Shown here piece by piece: positions 1-12,112 of a stretch of DNA of 64,000 nt. Origin of the DNA: Salisapilia sapeloensis CBS 127946 (taxonomy: Eukaryota > Protista > Oomycota); assembly GCA_023334545.1 (NCBI GenBank), contig JAADVB010000006.1, forward strand, positions 1-64,000, in the 5' to 3' direction. The notes beneath the pieces were generated by a model. It did not search any database and was not told the origin of the DNA. It saw only the letters and a list, made by a program, of their open reading frames with translations. The first letter of the stretch is position 1, and each line of letters starts with the position of its first letter. Made by a program: the position numbers and the translations under genes.

Positions 1-1
1 C

Positions 2-151
2 TACGCGAACCTAGCGGCCGCACGCGCGCGCTTCTTCATCAACGAAATGTCGGACGGAGCGTCGACCATCGGCTCCGGCTCCATCGACCCATCCAACTTT
101 GAGTTCAGCGGACTCCATCAAGACCTCAAGAACTGCATGTTCTTCATCTAG
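2..151 (+). CDS. AGO: C-terminal end of an Argonaute (PIWI domain tail); gene runs off the left edge
   Basis: Frame 2 reads YANLAAARARFFINEMSDGASTIGSGSIDPSNFEFSGLHQDLKNCMFFI-TAG(149-151). This matches the Argonaute C-terminal pattern YAHLxAxRARxx...LHxxLKxxM(F/Y)(F/Y)x. Confidence 0.75.
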   Translation, partial: YANLAAARARFFINEMSDGASTIGSGSIDPSNFEFSGLHQDLKNCMFFI

Positions 152-404
152 TCGAAAATTTTTGAATACTGCGTTTGAAGTGCAGTCATGAGCTTTCCAT
201 CACCGTCTTATAATAAGATATTCATGAACTTCAACTTTTACGCACGATGTATAGTACACTGCTAGTGCAAGCAAGATATGGCAGTGGGTCTCCAGAAATA
301 AAAACGAGAAAAATAACATTTTATGATCTATTTCAATCAATCGTCTTTCATTTGCTCAATTGCACATGCACTTGTGTATCACCTCGATACGATCGCTACT
401 TGGA

Positions 405-2330
405 TTAGAGACGAAAGACGTCGAGGCCTGGCTTTAGCTTGTCTTCCACGACTTGGTCTTCTAGACAGAGGCTTGCTATCCGTCGTTGTAGGTGCGGTGG
501 TAAGTCCAGCGGACGACGGTTCGTCCTCATACCAAAGCAAGTCTTCTTGCGATGGATAATGTCCATGGCTACTTGGACGAGTGAGGTTCTGGATAGCGAC
601 TCAAAGGTTGAAAGGAGCTTTCGACTGTCTTCTGCACGTAGTGATTCGTTTAGTATAGTCGACATGACATGCTCAAGATCGTCGATCGTGTCTGCGTCTT
701 CATCGATGGATGCTACAGCAGTTTGGATTTGAGCACGAAGCTCTGCATCCAACTCGAGACAAAGATGAAAATGAAGTGCAAGGAAGGAGTCGACGCCGAT
801 ATTCTTCTCTTCAAGTTTCGGTAAGCGATACAAGAGCCTTTTCCTGGCATCGTGTCCATGTTGTCCGAAGTGGAGATACATGAGGGTTGAAGCTGTTTCC
901 AAATCGATCATCCATGCTTCTTTTCCAAAGAGATAGACAGCTTCTTGGAGAGACGGTGTATCTATCTCCAATTCTACTATATCTGCTAGCATGTCGATGG
1001 TGGAATTTGTTGCAAAGCGTAGTACGCTAGAAGAGATCTGTACAGAGGTTTTCGTATCAAGCACTTGAACAAGTTGACAGAGGCGACAGAACTGTTCGAG
1101 CCGGATATCTTCCCATTTAAGTTCTTTCATCAAGAACCAGTGTTCTGCTTCACTATCGCCCAGTCGCTCTTCCTCACTGTATGCAATCTGATCTCGATAA
1201 TGCATGCACGATTTAATAATCGCCGCAAGGTGGAGGTCTGAAAGTGTTGACGAAGTGTAGCGTCGATGCATCGCTTCTTTCAACGACGTATGCAGGTCAG
1301 GTCTACCCTGCAGAGATTTGATCGCGATGGCATCTATCTGTACCTTACAAAGGAGAAGCCATAAAAGTTCTTGAATGAGGGCTCTTTTGTCCATGTACTT
1401 CGATGTCACCAGTGGACGAGTGGAGAATTGAATAGCTAGTGATGGAGGCAGTACAGTGGCTCTGGATGAATGCCGTAAGAGGCTGCTCACGCCTGCTTTT
1501 ACCTTGTAACGTGGCTGCGTCTTTGAGCTCCTTTGTCCGATGTCTGACGTATTGTCATCATAAACCAGGCGATGGCTCCCTGCTTGCTTGAAAGATGCTG
1601 TAGAGGATAAGGGTTCTCCATCCGTCTGTGACGCTTGTGTTACCATGCTTAACAAGCGATACTTGCTTTGCTGCACTTCAATATCTGCTGCTTGCTTCCA
1701 GAGGATGGAAGCTATCTCTGAGTCCACGTGTCTATCTAAGTCATCCAGCTTTTCCACCAGGCGACACTCGCTTGCTAGCAACGATGCAAAAAGCACATCT
1801 ATATCGTTTCCAACAATTTCAATCTGCGTACGGCTTGTCCAGTCTTCTTCATCTTCTTCTGCGTCTGCTGGTTGAATGTCCATAATCTGCTTTTGCTCAA
1901 GATTTGTGAGTTGTACGCCTTCTCCCTCTGTTTCCACTGCAGGCGCAATACTGCCCGACCTGGATACAGCATTCCGTGCATGCTGTAGCTCCTGGACTGC
2001 TTTTTGAAGAGTGGCATTCTCCGCCTCGGATCGCTTCAGCTTGCGTTGGCAGGTGTAAAGTTGAGCACTAAGCTTTTCATTTTCACTCCTTATATTCTGC
2101 GTCTCTGTTTCATACCTTTTGATGCGTTCTGTATGAAGTTCTACTACTTCTTCATGAACTTTAGCAGCATCGTGCGCCTCTAATTGCAGACGCTCAATTT
2201 CATCGAAAGCCGATGCAGAGAGTTGGAGCAGGACGAACATGTTGAGACAGACCAAGTCCCAAACTTGGGAAATCAATCTGCATAGCCGAGGAGAAAGCTT
2301 TTCCAATATCTTTAGTACTTCGCCCAGCAT
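405..2330 (-). CDS. Hypothetical protein with N-terminal coiled coil and C-terminal helical domain; 5' end probably extends upstream through a short intron
   Basis: 641-aa ORF with a heptad-rich segment (ERIKRYETETQNIRSENEKLSAQL...). The frame stays open to about 2440, where an AG acceptor-like site lies. No family recognised with confidence. Confidence 0.7.
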   Translation of the reverse strand: MLGEVLKILEKLSPRLCRLISQVWDLVCLNMFVLLQLSASAFDEIERLQLEAHDAAKVHEEVVELHTERIKRYETETQNIRSENEKLSAQLYTCQRKLKRSEAENATLQKAVQELQHARNAVSRSGSIAPAVETEGEGVQLTNLEQKQIMDIQPADAEEDEEDWTSRTQIEIVGNDIDVLFASLLASECRLVEKLDDLDRHVDSEIASILWKQAADIEVQQSKYRLLSMVTQASQTDGEPLSSTASFKQAGSHRLVYDDNTSDIGQRSSKTQPRYKVKAGVSSLLRHSSRATVLPPSLAIQFSTRPLVTSKYMDKRALIQELLWLLLCKVQIDAIAIKSLQGRPDLHTSLKEAMHRRYTSSTLSDLHLAAIIKSCMHYRDQIAYSEEERLGDSEAEHWFLMKELKWEDIRLEQFCRLCQLVQVLDTKTSVQISSSVLRFATNSTIDMLADIVELEIDTPSLQEAVYLFGKEAWMIDLETASTLMYLHFGQHGHDARKRLLYRLPKLEEKNIGVDSFLALHFHLCLELDAELRAQIQTAVASIDEDADTIDDLEHVMSTILNESLRAEDSRKLLSTFESLSRTSLVQVAMDIIHRKKTCFGMRTNRRPLDLPPHLQRRIASLCLEDQVVEDKLKPGLDVFRL

Positions 2331-2765
2331 GTCCGAGCAAGAAACGTGATACGAAGAGCTTCGCGGAAGTAGGCTTGGACCAGTGGCTCTTTGAAGCTTA
2401 GGTAGCTGTTGAACGCTAGTGCTAATGTACGACTCTAAATGCTAAAAGATTCAAGTAAGTTTTGCATATACGAGCTGCTGTCGAAGAAGGAAGATGGCAT
2501 CTCACACTGAGTTCATGGCTGGCAAAGTGGAGCACTGTCATCGGTCTTTAATCCGACGCTTGCGTCCAGCATACCAGCTAAAAATAGCTAGAGCATGGAG
2601 CAAGAACATTGTGTGCTTTGTTGATACGAAAGGTCAAAAAGATAAAGTTGTAAAAGGATGCATGCAGCAATCAAGTGGCATGGTATCCGCCAGGTTACCA
2701 AAAGTAGGTAGTACATGTCTGGTACGCATATGGTACCGATGAGGCTGGTCATGACATAAAAAGCT

Positions 2766-4349
2766 ATGAACAGCGCGATGGTATATTCCCATGCCTGCAT
2801 TCTCTTCACTTTGTACGCAACTCAGTGCTTCCTAACCAACATAAATGTATAGCACAAGACGCTGCGGGCTGTATGCAAACGATCGTTCTCCACTGGCAGT
2901 GGTATTTTCGACAAAGGTCCTACTAACAAGCATTCACTACCTCTCGTTCATCTTCTGAGCCACATGGGCTAACATATCTCCCTACTATGACTACAGGCAT
3001 CAAGCGACAGCAACGCAATAATGCAGCACTTTTGCAAGATAGCGATCAGTATGAATATTTGAAAAACGAGGTCGCACGCCGTCTTGTTGATCGCCTCGAG
3101 GTAGCTAATTAACTCGCGAACGTCGAAATCGTGTTTATTTACGCTTTGTGATCGATCTGGTATAGGATATCGAGCGTGACTTGCCACTTGCATTGGATCT
3201 TGGCAGTGGTAGTGGTCACATTCTAAAGGAGCTCAACTCGGAAGAAGGTCTTGGAGGCATCGAAACCCTCATCCAGTGCGATTCGTCCGGTAGATTTCAC
3301 GAAGCTAGAGTAGCTAGTTTAATCTATTTATCTATATATTTTATGGTATGAGTAGAGAGAATGCTGCTTCGAGATGTTCCAGAAGAAGGTGACGACCCGA
3401 GCGCAACAGGTACGCATTCATCCTCTGCTACTCCCATATACATGGATCGTACTCAATGGGATATATCTGCTTGATGAATAGTGCAAACGAAGCGAGTGAT
3501 CGTTGACGATGAGTTTCTTCCATTCCCACCACATCACTTTGATGCCGTCCTCAGTTCTCTCCATTTGCACTGGGCAAATGACCCGGAAGGCACGTTCCGT
3601 CAAGTATGTACTTTGGTCACACTACCACCACACATCAGGAGTACATACTGACTGCTTTGGCATTAGATTAACGAGTCCTTAAAGCCAGATGGAGTGTTCC
3701 TTGGAGCTGTCCTCGGTGGCGACTCTCTTCAGGAACTCCGGTACAGGATCATTGTATCCACTTGTCAAGAATAAACACATAACGATATGTACCATCCATA
3801 GGAGCGCTTTTATCTTGGCTGATCAAGAACGTCAGGGTGGTATCACGCCCCACATCTCTCCTTTTCTGCGTGTAGCTGACGCTGGCAGTCTTCTCGTTGA
3901 GTCTGGCTTTAGCCTCACCACTGGTGCGCTTCGAACGACGTAGATAGGAACTTCATGCACTTATACTACTTGTTCATGACTATAGTTGACACGGATTTGA
4001 TTCAAGTGGACTACCCTGATCCGTTCACATTGATGGAACACTTGCGTGGTATGGGAGAGAACAATGCGGTGGCGGATCGAAGCAGCGCTGCAACGACGAA
4101 GGATTCGCTCTTGGCTATGGCATCCATCTACCAGTCCATGTATGGCAATTCAGATGGGACAATTCCAGCCACTTTCCAGGTACATTTGTTCATAACACTC
4201 GTTTATATCATTGCTTGACGATGGATCTGTGGCAGGTCATCTACATGATCGGCTGGTCTCCACATGAATCTCAGCAAAAGCCATTGCGACGAGGTAGTGC
4301 TCAGCGGTCGATGAAGGAGTTAGGAAAGAAGGAGGATAGCAGTAACTAG
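2766..4349 (+). CDS. NDUFAF5: Mitochondrial complex I assembly factor, SAM-dependent methyltransferase-fold arginine hydroxylase; about 9 exons
   Basis: Spliced reading gives IFDKGIKRQQRNNAA, EYLKNEVARRLVDRLE, ALDLGSGSG, SSLHLHWAND, LKPDGVFLGAVLGGDSLQELR, HISPF, LRGMGENNA, IPATFQVIYMIGW and a stop at 4347-4349. Introns are GT..AG. Confidence 0.92.
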
Positions 4350-4592
4350 ACAAATAAGACTGACCGAACGAGATGATGCTGCAATCTTATTTGTATGTCT
4401 TTTGTTCACTACTTCTTTTTACAAAAAAGTACGCATTGTGCTTCGTCTCAGCTGACGACAAGCGGACGGACTCGCGTACAGACCACACTGTCTGTAGCAC
4501 TGAAGTACGCGTTCCCACTGCATTTACCATTTAATGACGGCAACGATACGTTGATTAACTGCTCTTCTCACTCTCGTATATACCTCAAGCTT

Positions 4593-6332
4593 ATGCCACA
4601 TCCAATTCGACCCGGTTCGGCCATTATACCATGCCACGAACAGCGTCGGCGAAACGATGGGCAGCCTTCGTACCGATCTAGTGAGCTTAAAAGTAGAAAA
4701 CGGAATTGGAATGCGAGGATTAATTATAGGCAGCAACAGGACGAGGGTTTGACTGTTAGTGCTCGTAGGAGTACTGATGGAGCGATGGCAAACGGCGGAA
4801 CACTTGATTTGTTATCCTCGACGGCAGTGCTTCGACACTCAAATCATCCTGTCGACACGACTCGAGCAAATCGAGAAGGATTGCAGTCGTACCAAAGTAA
4901 GGATTTGCCACGTTCTACTGCAATGCCCATGTACGGACAGGAGCAGAGTCCTACGACGCTGCACAGGCAGTTTCCAGTGCAATCACCAGTACCGTTCGTA
5001 CAAGGTTTCTTACCGCGTAATACGCCACTAGTGCATGTGACGTCCACACGATCAAGTGCACTTTTGAGACCACAGGAAGAGAAATGGAATACTCCATATG
5101 CGACTCAGAACTTCAAACATTTTCCTGGTTTATCTCTCGGTGTAAATGCTTCACGGAAATGGCAAAAGAACATGCGTGGAGGTACAATGGCTAGACAGAG
5201 TAGGCAAACAGCAGAACAAAGTGCAAGTAAGTCTGAAGCAGCATTAAACTGTGCTCGCATGGAGTCGATGACACAGACTGTTCGCAACAAGATGAGCATG
5301 AAGAACATCTTGTCATCTCCTAAAGCAGATATTTTGACCTGGAAGCCAAACTCGATCTCTAGAGCAGAGTCTGGTCTTTTAGAATCGCCTGACCAAGATA
5401 CCAAAGAAGATGGTGATGACGATTATTACGTTCCGGACGTACAAACCTCGGGACGGGAGAAGCCTACGCCAGCTAAAAACAAGATACGAACGACAGATAG
5501 ACAGCGTACAAGTGTTGCTAAGAATATAGTAAGCCAGGGGAAGTATGCAGCAGATGTGCATCCGAACAACGTGCGACAGTATGCCAATGCAGAGCAGCAA
5601 GATCACGTATCGAATCGAGCTCACAACAGAGAGCCATGCAATACTCCTAAAGTACCCTCCACGAGCTCAGAACACCAACAAGAGCACGTACCTATGCCTG
5701 TAGGGTCAAATGATTCACAAATTGTTGAATGTACGAGTCATCCAGACGAACCTCATAAGCAGGTATCATCTAGTGCTTTAAAAGCACAAAATGCAAAGGC
5801 AAGTAAAGGACCTCGGACGGAACCTTGCATCCAACGCAGACGGAGGGCAAGCAGCAAAGTGCCACAAAAGCGAGTACCGACAGTCGGTAATGGCTGTGCT
5901 GTTCCTCCCATCAAAAGCGTTTTGCCTGAGGTATACCCAGCTCCTGTGGTGCCTGACCATGGTCGTGACCGTATAAGGACGAATACGATGGTCTTGTTCT
6001 GCAAGCGAGACTTGCTGCGTTACCAAGTTCGGTCATTATGGAAAAAGTCTTGTGACAAGAAGAAGCGGAAGGCACTGAATAGTCTCGAAGTGGCTGGGAA
6101 GCGTATTCGACGACCGGCACTAAAGGCTGATAACGCAGAGGTATGCTCTTCATACGTTAGCTTCACCATAAAAATGTCATCTAATCCTATCGGCTACATC
6201 AACGTAGAAATCCACCGTCCATCCAGCTTCACCACCAATCCCGAAGAAACAACCTGTATCTAGATGCAAAGGAGGCGACAAGGAGATTGGAAAGACTCGG
6301 TCGATTCCATTAAGCACTATTCCTGATCCATA
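4593..6332 (+). CDS. Hypothetical low-complexity, probably disordered protein with a basic C-terminal motif
   Basis: Long ORF 4395-6263. Likely start is ATG 4593, after a TCACTC Inr-like element. A possible last exon 6208-6332 follows GTATGC..AACGTAG. Rich in S/Q/R/P; C-terminal region reads LFCKRDLLRYQVRSLWKK. Confidence 0.55.
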
Positions 6333-6377
6333 ATACCTTTTACCTTGGTTGCAAAATGGTCAAAGAGAACACGATTT

Positions 6378-8689
6378 CTATTCTACGTTTTGATTTTCAT
6401 CCAGTGCATCTTCACTTTCATCGTCAACGCCTGATGCAGTCGGCGACGACAAGGCATCGACCGTATCGTCTTCATTCGACGACTCATGCTCCGCTTCCAC
6501 TGCCTGTGCCTTGCCTTCGTCCAAGTTCGCAAGCTCTAGCGTCAGCTTATCAATTGGTGTCGCATCACGCTCAAACAAGAGACGAATGGCTGTCCTTGGA
6601 TCTTCCGCCTCTTTGGCAAGGTACGCACACAGCTTAAAAAGCTGCACATCCTTGGGTTCTTCCTCGGCATCGACATCAGTCATAGCTGTCGCAAAGTCAT
6701 GGATGAGCATCGTGAACGCTTGTGTCTGCACTAGTTCCTTTAAAAACGTCTGTGTCTCTGGCTCCTTCCTCGTCTGGCAGTACCCATGTCGGTTGAAACT
6801 AACGCCTTGTCCGTCTGACGACAAAAAGCTTTGAAAGTCTCCAAGTATCCGTGCAAAGAACGTCGCGAAGGCACTTCGAGTGACGTCTACCCACGGCATA
6901 GGAGCGTTCCACTCGCTATCATGGACGTCTGTGGAGACTGCCAAGGTCTGATACTGAGATGCTAAGTCATGCAGGTTCCCTGCCGTTGGTGCTGGGTTAA
7001 AGAATCGGAGACTGATCGGTCTCTCAATCGTCCGGATCTTATCGATCGTCTGCATGAACGTGTTATCTAAGACGGACACTCCGTTGATACCGATGAGGAC
7101 AAAGCCAGGGGAGATGGATCCGGATCTTTCAGCAGCACCAGGCGTTCCGTCTGGCGCGTCTAGAAGCGCTTTGACGACAGTTGACGTGCCTTCTGGCCAG
7201 TTCTGTCTATACTCCGAGTTGATCGAATCACTCATCGTGGATTCGAGAGATAATCCGAGTGGTCCGTCACCAAAGACTACCTCAATCTCTTTTAATCGCA
7301 TTGATGCGTCGCTTTGGTTGCCACCAGAGCTCACGTACCTCGCTGGACGTGGGACTTGAGGAGTGACTTCATCCAGTAGCTTGCGTACTTCTGCCATGGG
7401 GAACCGTGGGATGGCAGAAGCATTGCTACGAAGGCCGTCGATGCGTGTGAAGATGGGAGAAACGATATTGTCCTTGTCCAGGTGAACGACGACACAGGAT
7501 GCAAACGTGTCGGCTGCCACACGAGCTGCGAGAGAGCTCGTGTGAACGCCCATTAAATAAGGAACAGGTGCTTGAACGTATTCGATGAGTTGAACGGGAA
7601 GGAACGGGGCGTAAGCGTGCTCCCATCGGAACGGGAAGAGTAGAGCGCAGAGGGCTTCGCATACAGGAGTGAGGAGAGCTGGGTATTGAGTATGGACGAG
7701 TACGCGTTGCTCTGTGAGCATGCAGTTAAGGACGTAGACGACATTCTTTGCACTGAGACACTGGAAGAGGACTTCGAAGCAGGCGTCATCCAGATGGGCT
7801 GCTTTGCCTCGATGCCAGAGGTAGCGGTAGAGTGGCTGCTGATGGTTCTGCAGTTCGATCGCGATGCCAGGACTGGCATTGAAGGATATGGTGGTCAGGA
7901 GATGTACTACCTCGTTCACTTGGTCGTTTATGAGTGGCAAGTCGTTGTCCGAAGGAGAGACTTCCGTCTGATTACTGGATAAAAGAGGCCTTGGTGCGTC
8001 GTTACTTATATGGTCGTCATATAGCCATCTACAATTGAAGATGTTTAGCATGAATCTAGTCGTATGAAGCGAAGGAAGTGGATTTACCTCAAAAAGTGTC
8101 GAAAGAAGGAAAAGAAGGGATGATGGGAGATGACACAAAATGCACGAGACGTCCGTTGGCCAGCTACAGATTGATATGAATACGCTTAGTGGATAGAAGT
8201 AGTAGATTATAGTTGAGGAATAGTACCTGCTTCATCATACGTATCTGGGACGTACAGAGCAAAGCCATAGGCTCTTGATCCGTCGCCCCCAGTGAGAGAA
8301 AACGAGAAGAATAGAGGAATCTGCGAGTAGGGTGGATGTATTAGCGGACTACAGCATTCTGGTAGGCAGAACTAGACACCAATATAAGTTTTCGTCCATA
8401 TCATACACAAGAATCAATGTAGCTCGAGGAATAAAATGGCGTACATAAGGTAGTCCGTCCGGCAATGGGAAGTCTGGATGATCTGCTGCTGGTACTCGAT
8501 TGCATACTTTCGGCTCCAGCTCTGCTTCTGGCTGTAGTAGCGTATCATTGTCTACAAACCAACATATAATCAGTCCGATAAGCCCATTTTCGTCTGAACC
8601 CTTGGAGGTATTATCGATTATTACGACATACCTCGCTGTTCATTCGCAACCACTTCGATGACATAATCCACGAGTCTTGGCGCTGTCAT
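6378..8689 (-). CDS. DENN-domain protein (Rab GEF family) with an inserted PDZ domain; multi-exon
   Basis: Spliced start MTAPRLVDYVIEVV (ATG 8689). uDENN motifs PDFPLPDGLP and FFSFSLTGGDGSRAYGFAL, then FCVISHHPFF. cDENN LTEQRVLVH..LTPVCEALCALLFPFRWEH..PFLP..QAPVPYLMG. PDZ GPLGLSL..GAAERSG..LIGING. dDENN FLKELVQTQAF. Confidence 0.9.
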
Positions 8690-8802
8690 TGACACTACTT
8701 CTCCGCTCGACTCGACGTCACAAGTCGGAACAAGAGGAATCTGAGCACCCGAACGCTATGCTCGAGGACGAAGTTTCAATTTCGTGTCTCACGCTCGTAT
8801 CG

Positions 8803-8851
8803 GATTGGCTAAATAGAAAACCAAAACAACATGTTCGCTTCCGAGCCAATC
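8803..8851. promoter_or_regulatory. Pair of oppositely oriented CCAAT boxes in the DENN/SLC30A9 bidirectional promoter
   Basis: GATTGGCT at 8803-8810 and its exact reverse complement AGCCAATC at 8844-8851 lie between divergent ATGs at 8689 and 8903. Confidence 0.6.
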
Positions 8852-8902
8852 AGCAAGTAGAATGAAGTTCGATATCATGGCTGGGGCCAGTTGCCTACCA
8901 TC

Positions 8903-10430
8903 ATGCTGGCGCTGACGGTACTTGGTCGACGTGGGTCACGTGGCTTTGCCCACAGACTCGTCGGTCATTCAAGACCTAGAGCTCGATTAGCTCCAGTTGT
9001 TGCACAATACCTGTCGTCTTCAGCAGGTCCATCGGAACCGGAATCACCGCTCCAGAGACGTAATACGGATGTGAACAAGGCATATTTTCCGACTAAATCA
9101 GGCTATCCAACGACATCGAGAGACGTTGTGTTTCGTGCCATGGCTGGCAATACAGCTATTTGCATATTAAAAGGCCTCGTGTGGTTAAAAACAGGTAGTA
9201 GTGCCATGCTATCGGAAGCCATTCACTCGCTTGTGGACACTGGCAACCAAGCTATATTGATCCTTGGCTTACGTCAGGCAAATCACGTGCCGGACAAGAA
9301 ACATCAATATGGATACGGTCGAGCAGCATACTTTTGGTCACTCATCTCGGCACTCGGCATGTTCTGGCTTGGAGCTGGCGTGACTGTCACCCACGGCGTA
9401 CAGACACTCTTCCATCCACCGACAGAGTTATTGGTGTCGTGGGAGACATGGGGAGTACTCAGTGCATCCTTCTTGATTGACGGATGGGTCCTACAACGTG
9501 CCGTTCGCGAACTACGCGCGACGCAACCGTCCGGCATGTCCTTCCTGCAGTACGTCCGCGGGATCAAAGACCCGTTCATGATGGCCGTCTTGCTAGAGGA
9601 TACGACTGCATGCACTGGTGTGCTCATGGCTGCAAGTGGACTCGCCGCCACTGCAGTGACTGGAAATCCATTGTACGACACCGTCGCGAGTATCTCGATC
9701 GGCGCGTTGCTAGGCAGTGTCGCCGTCACGCTCATCCGACTGAACCAGCGGTATCTCCTCGGTCGTTCTGTAGAGCCTGAGATTGAACAAGGCATCCGTC
9801 AGCTACTGCTCAGTCGTCCATCTATTGATAACGTGTACGCGGTGCAGTCACAGTGGGTTGGACCATCAACGTTCAGCTACAAGGTACATCATCTCCTGTC
9901 CTCTCTCCAGTGTTGTTATTCTGATTGTGCATGCGTAGGCAGAAGTGGACTTTGATGGGACGTACTTGGCCGCCAAACTCTTACAAATGTACTACGAGTA
10001 GCTACTTGTAGTCGATATGCACAGCTCTAAGTGTTCTATGTGTCTATTAGCTATAAGCCAGTGTTTCTCAATGCGACCGAGCTCGAGAATGACTTGCCAC
10101 TCATCTTATCTTGGTATGATGTTCATGTACAAGTTTCTTGTAAGTTGTATGAACGATAGATGCGTTAGGTATGCAGAAGACGTGACGCGATTAGTCGAGA
10201 AAGAAGTGCAGGAAGTGGAAGCAGAAATACGTAAACTATATCCAGAAGCAGCGTTCATAGAGCTCGAACCAGATAGTAAGGACACGGAGATGCGTGCTAT
10301 CTCGAGCATGGGGACCAAGTCCCAGCGAACGAGAGAGCGAGAGGCCATGTCGAGAGCACTGGCATTGCTATCACGTACGCTAGAAAGAAAAGCTCCGGCA
10401 GAGAAAGAGGACAGTCCGAAGCAAGTGTAG
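8903..10430 (+). CDS. SLC30A9: Cation diffusion facilitator, ZnT9-like mitochondrial zinc transporter; introns near 9885-9939 and 9985-10166
   Basis: Arg-rich presequence (MLALTVLGRRGSRGF). Motifs AMAGNTAI, SSAMLSEAIHSLVDTGNQ, HQYGYGRAAYFWSLISA, LLEDTTA, N+RYLLGRS, SQWVGPSTFSYK, IELEPD. Confidence 0.9.
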
Positions 10431-10543
10431 ACTGAGAGAGCCATATCTACTAATGACGTTGATATATGCTTCGTACATGTAGGATGAGTCGACATGTAAT
10501 AAACACTTTTGAACATCCTACTTTTCATCCGGAAGAATGTCGA

Positions 10544-12019
10544 TTAGATCATATTGTCTTTGACTTTCTTGTCCTTTTGTTTCGCTTCTTCTTTCTCTTT
10601 CTGTTTTTCCAAAATGGCTAATGGGATCGCAATAGGCGGAGCGGTAGATGGACGTTCATGATAGGCGTCGATGAATGTTTGAGAGAAGTGAGCAAAGGTA
10701 TCGCTTGAGATGTGGTCTCGAATCGCTTGGAAGAAGCGACTATACTGCGAGAGGTTGTGTAGGTTGAGCAAGACATCACCTAGCATCTCTCTTACGTCTA
10801 GCAAGTGGTGGATGTATGCTCTCGAGTAAGATGTGCAAGCAGGACAGGCACAGCCATCTTGGATCGGACGCATGTCGTCTGCAAAGACAGATTCACGTAG
10901 ATGGAGGACGCTGCCGAATTGCTTTCGATCTGCACTTCGGACAGAAGACACGTCATCGTCGTTGATCCATGGGATGAGTGCCGAGCCGCCCTTTGTGAGC
11001 TCGTAGGGGTACGTTGTGACGAAGGCATCGATACCGACTGCGACGGATTGGAGGATCTGGAGAGGGTGGCCGATACCAGAGATCAGCCGCGGGATGGATG
11101 TCGACTCGACTTCTTCTACACAAGCTTGAGCGAGTTGAAGACGCTCTTGGTCACTTTCGACATCGTCCAGGCCACTGAGTATGACAGCGCCAACATCTCG
11201 CTTTGACGTTTCTGATGCGCTGTACCGACGTAGCTTTTCGTCCTGTCCGCCAACAATGACTCCAGCAACCTTTGGAGTGGATGCGTCGATGGATTGTAGA
11301 CACTCATCTAGCCATTTGAGAGAGATGTCGACTGCTTTGCGATGACGGTTCTTGCCGTAGCTTAGATCGACTTCATCTGCTAGTGCTATGGTGAGGTCGG
11401 ATTGGAGGGAAGCTGCTACACTCATGTACTCGCTTGGTGCCACGACATGTCTGCCTTTCGTTGTATTGATTGAAAACCCACTCTTGGAGGAGGTGGATGT
11501 CTATGAAGCAAAGGAGGTGACTTGGTTATTAAGGGGATGTCAGACAGGAAAATGGAAGGATAGAACGCACGGATGCTTTTGAAAAGTAGTCTTGAGCGGA
11601 TAGAATGACTGTCGTATCATGAAGTTGTAGAAGTTTTCGCAGTTCTGCTGCAGGAGACTTTGATACGGCGTCGGCAAAAGTGTAGCTGAGAGCAATACAA
11701 CAGATACGTATAAGCATATAAAGGGTAAGAGCTAGAGATAAATGTACATGTCTGCAAAATTCACGACGCGAGCACTTGCGTCTTGTACATGCTTGGAGTT
11801 GTCTAGGTACATGCAATCAAGTGAGTTAGTGGTCTGCTCCATCCATCGGACTAGGATGAGGCGTGTATAAACCTCATAAAGCGAAATATGGATACAGTAT
11901 GATGTAGATGTACCTGGTGTGAGGAGTGGGAGATTAGCACAAACTGTCGGTGGTAGAAAGCATGGAGTCGATCGATCCAGTAGATGCAGCGACCGAGCTC
12001 TACTCGGCTCGACCTTCAT
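10544..12019 (-). CDS. QTRT2: Queuine tRNA-ribosyltransferase accessory subunit; multi-exon
   Basis: N-terminus STPCFLPPTVCANLPLLTP; KAVDISLKWLDECL; GVIVGG; GIGHPLQILQSVAVGIDAF; zinc site CACPAC..YSRAYIHHLL..LLNLHNL. Confidence 0.88.
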
Positions 12020-12112
12020 TACGCTATTCGTATGCAGAGGTCAAAATTACCTTTCAGAGGTAAACATGTACTTTGAGAGGCTTCAGCCTACGCTCCTAGA
12101 TTACTACACGAC

